Shown here in pieces: positions 62,506 to 64,000 of a DNA stretch of 64,000 bases. The position numbers were made by a program, and so were the translations under genes. The DNA comes from Alphaproteobacteria bacterium (GTDB taxonomy: Bacteria; Pseudomonadota; Alphaproteobacteria; MPNO01; UBA830), in contig OZ251539.1 of assembly GCA_965243135.1 (NCBI GenBank), forward strand, positions 3,840,001 to 3,904,000, given 5' to 3'. The first letter of the stretch is position 1. Each line of letters starts with the position of its first letter. A model generated the notes under the pieces. It saw nothing but the letters and a program-made list of their open reading frames with translations, made no database searches and was not told where the DNA came from.

Positions 62506-62627
62506 GGGCGCGGCGTTCTCCGGAAAGGCTGGCGCGACATTATACCCCTTGCGCGGCGCGGCCGGGCAATGGACAGGCGGGCGCGCTGCGGATAGACTCG
62601 CTTCCGCTCAGACTAGCGGATAATCTC

Positions 62628-63164
62628 ATGTCGTCACTGGAACTCAACAAGATCGCCGGAGCGATAATTCTCGCGACCCTTATCGTGTTCTCGATCGGCA
62701 AGATCGGCGACAATCTCGTGGCCCCCGGCGGCGGGCATGCGCCCGTCGCCGCCGTCAAGGCGACGCCCGAGCCGGCGGTCCGGCCTTCGGCCCCGAAAGC
62801 GCCGGAGGTGCCGTTCGCCACCCTCCTCGCCAATGCCGATCCGGCGCGCGGCAAGAAGGTCTTCAACAAGTGCAAGGCCTGCCATACGGTGACCGACGGC
62901 GGAAAGGACGGAATCGGCCCCAATCTCTGGAACGTGATCAATGCGGAACCGGCGTCCAATTCGGGGTTCAAATATTCCGCCGCCCTCGAGGGGCTGAAGG
63001 AAAAGCCGTGGACCTACGACAACCTCAACGCGTTCCTCACGAAACCGAAGAACTACGCGAAGGGCACCAAGATGACGTTCGTGGGGCTCAAGAAGCCGAC
63101 CGACCGGGCGAACGTCATCCTCTATCTGCGCAGCCTGAGCGCAACGCCAGCGCCGCTCCCTTAA
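62628..63164 (+). CDS. Membrane-anchored cytochrome c (c2/CycM-like)
   Basis: N-terminal TM, CKACH, GPNL, GTKMTF. Confidence 0.92.
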   Translation: MSSLELNKIAGAIILATLIVFSIGKIGDNLVAPGGGHAPVAAVKATPEPAVRPSAPKAPEVPFATLLANADPARGKKVFNKCKACHTVTDGGKDGIGPNLWNVINAEPASNSGFKYSAALEGLKEKPWTYDNLNAFLTKPKNYAKGTKMTFVGLKKPTDRANVILYLRSLSATPAPLP

Positions 63165-63241
63165 TCAACTCCGAAACGCAACGCAGGCTGTCGGCAATCT
63201 CCGTTGCGAGGGCGAGCCAACCGCAATGTTCGAGCGAAGGT

Positions 63242-64000
63242 TCAGAATTCTGCGTCGTGCAGCGCGCGCCAAGACAGGAGAGTCGCCTCCGAGTGCCGCT
63301 GCAACTGATCGCCGCCATAAACTGCGACGATTGGTTGCGCAGCGAACTGCCGCCGGACACGCTGAAGGCCTTTGTACAGGCTCGATGACGGGGTTTGCGC
63401 AGCCTTGATCTCGACGAGCGTATCGCCGGACGGGCCGGAGACGACGAGGTCAACCTCGGCTCCGCCGCGGTCACGATAGAAAAACAGGCCGCCCGTTTCT
63501 CCTCTGTTGCTCCGTTGCTTTGCGATTTCCGAAACCACCCAGGTTTCGAAAATCGGACCGCGAAGCGGATGCGTGCGCAGCTGATCGGACGTGCGAATGC
63601 CCACGAGCCAGCAAACGAGGCCGGTGTCGTAGAAATGCAGCTTGGGCATCTTCACGAGGCGCTTCCGAAAGTTCGCGCGATACGCGGGCAGGCGGAAAAC
63701 GACGAAGCTGGCCTCGAGCAGGCTGATCCAAGCTTTCGCGGTGGGCTGCGAAATGCCGCAATCGCCAGCCAGCGAGGAGTAGTTCAGCAACTGCGCCGTA
63801 CGTCCGGCGCACAGTTCCACGAATCGCTGGAAGAGCGCGAGATCTCCGATATTGCTGAGCGCTCGCACGTCGCGCTCGATGTAGGTGGCGACATAGGAGC
63901 GGAGCCAGTCGGCCGGATCGAGGCCGCGATCGAATATGGCGGGATAGGCGCCAGTGAACAGAGCTTCTTCGAGACCCTCGGGATACCGGCTGAAACGCTC
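63242..64000 (-). CDS. AAA ATPase + DUF4143 protein (5' part beyond the window)
   Basis: TYIERDVR, KMPKLHFYDTGL, FETWVVSE, EVDLVV, EIKA. Confidence 0.88.
   Translation of the reverse strand, partial: ERFSRYPEGLEEALFTGAYPAIFDRGLDPADWLRSYVATYIERDVRALSNIGDLALFQRFVELCAGRTAQLLNYSSLAGDCGISQPTAKAWISLLEASFVVFRLPAYRANFRKRLVKMPKLHFYDTGLVCWLVGIRTSDQLRTHPLRGPIFETWVVSEIAKQRSNRGETGGLFFYRDRGGAEVDLVVSGPSGDTLVEIKAAQTPSSSLYKGLQRVRRQFAAQPIVAVYGGDQLQRHSEATLLSWRALHDAEF

Overview
GC-rich bacterial DNA, most likely alphaproteobacterial (queA-tgt, ffs-dnaX-ybaB-recR, nudC, pheA-kdsB, cytochrome c, tRNA-Pro). Housekeeping and catabolic genes (peptide-type ABC transporter, MFS/DMT transporters, CoA ligases/transferase, SDRs, hydantoinase A/B, Mo-hydroxylase large subunit) alternate with accessory DNA. 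(1) A decayed island at about 9.7-17.3 kb holds a tyrosine-integrase pseudogene, an intact HicAB pair, an ORF-less group II intron, an ImmA/IrrE-type remnant and an intact, AT-richer three-gene operon: classical C2H2 zinc-finger protein, coiled-coil protein, atypical Hsp70. I cannot match this operon to a named system and it is the best candidate for an undescribed, possibly defence-related, system. (2) Three mosaic paralogs of an AAA-ATPase/PD-(D/E)XK nuclease gene share a promoter layout and a 34-bp motif, and each sits beside a duplicated or truncated neighbouring gene. (3) There are three AAA+DUF4143 ATPase paralogs, two sharing a 39-bp downstream motif. (4) A type II R-M pair lies between 249-bp direct repeats. 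(5) A complete IS with a 9-bp TSD splits hydantoinase A. All family assignments come from motif recognition by eye; no searches were run.
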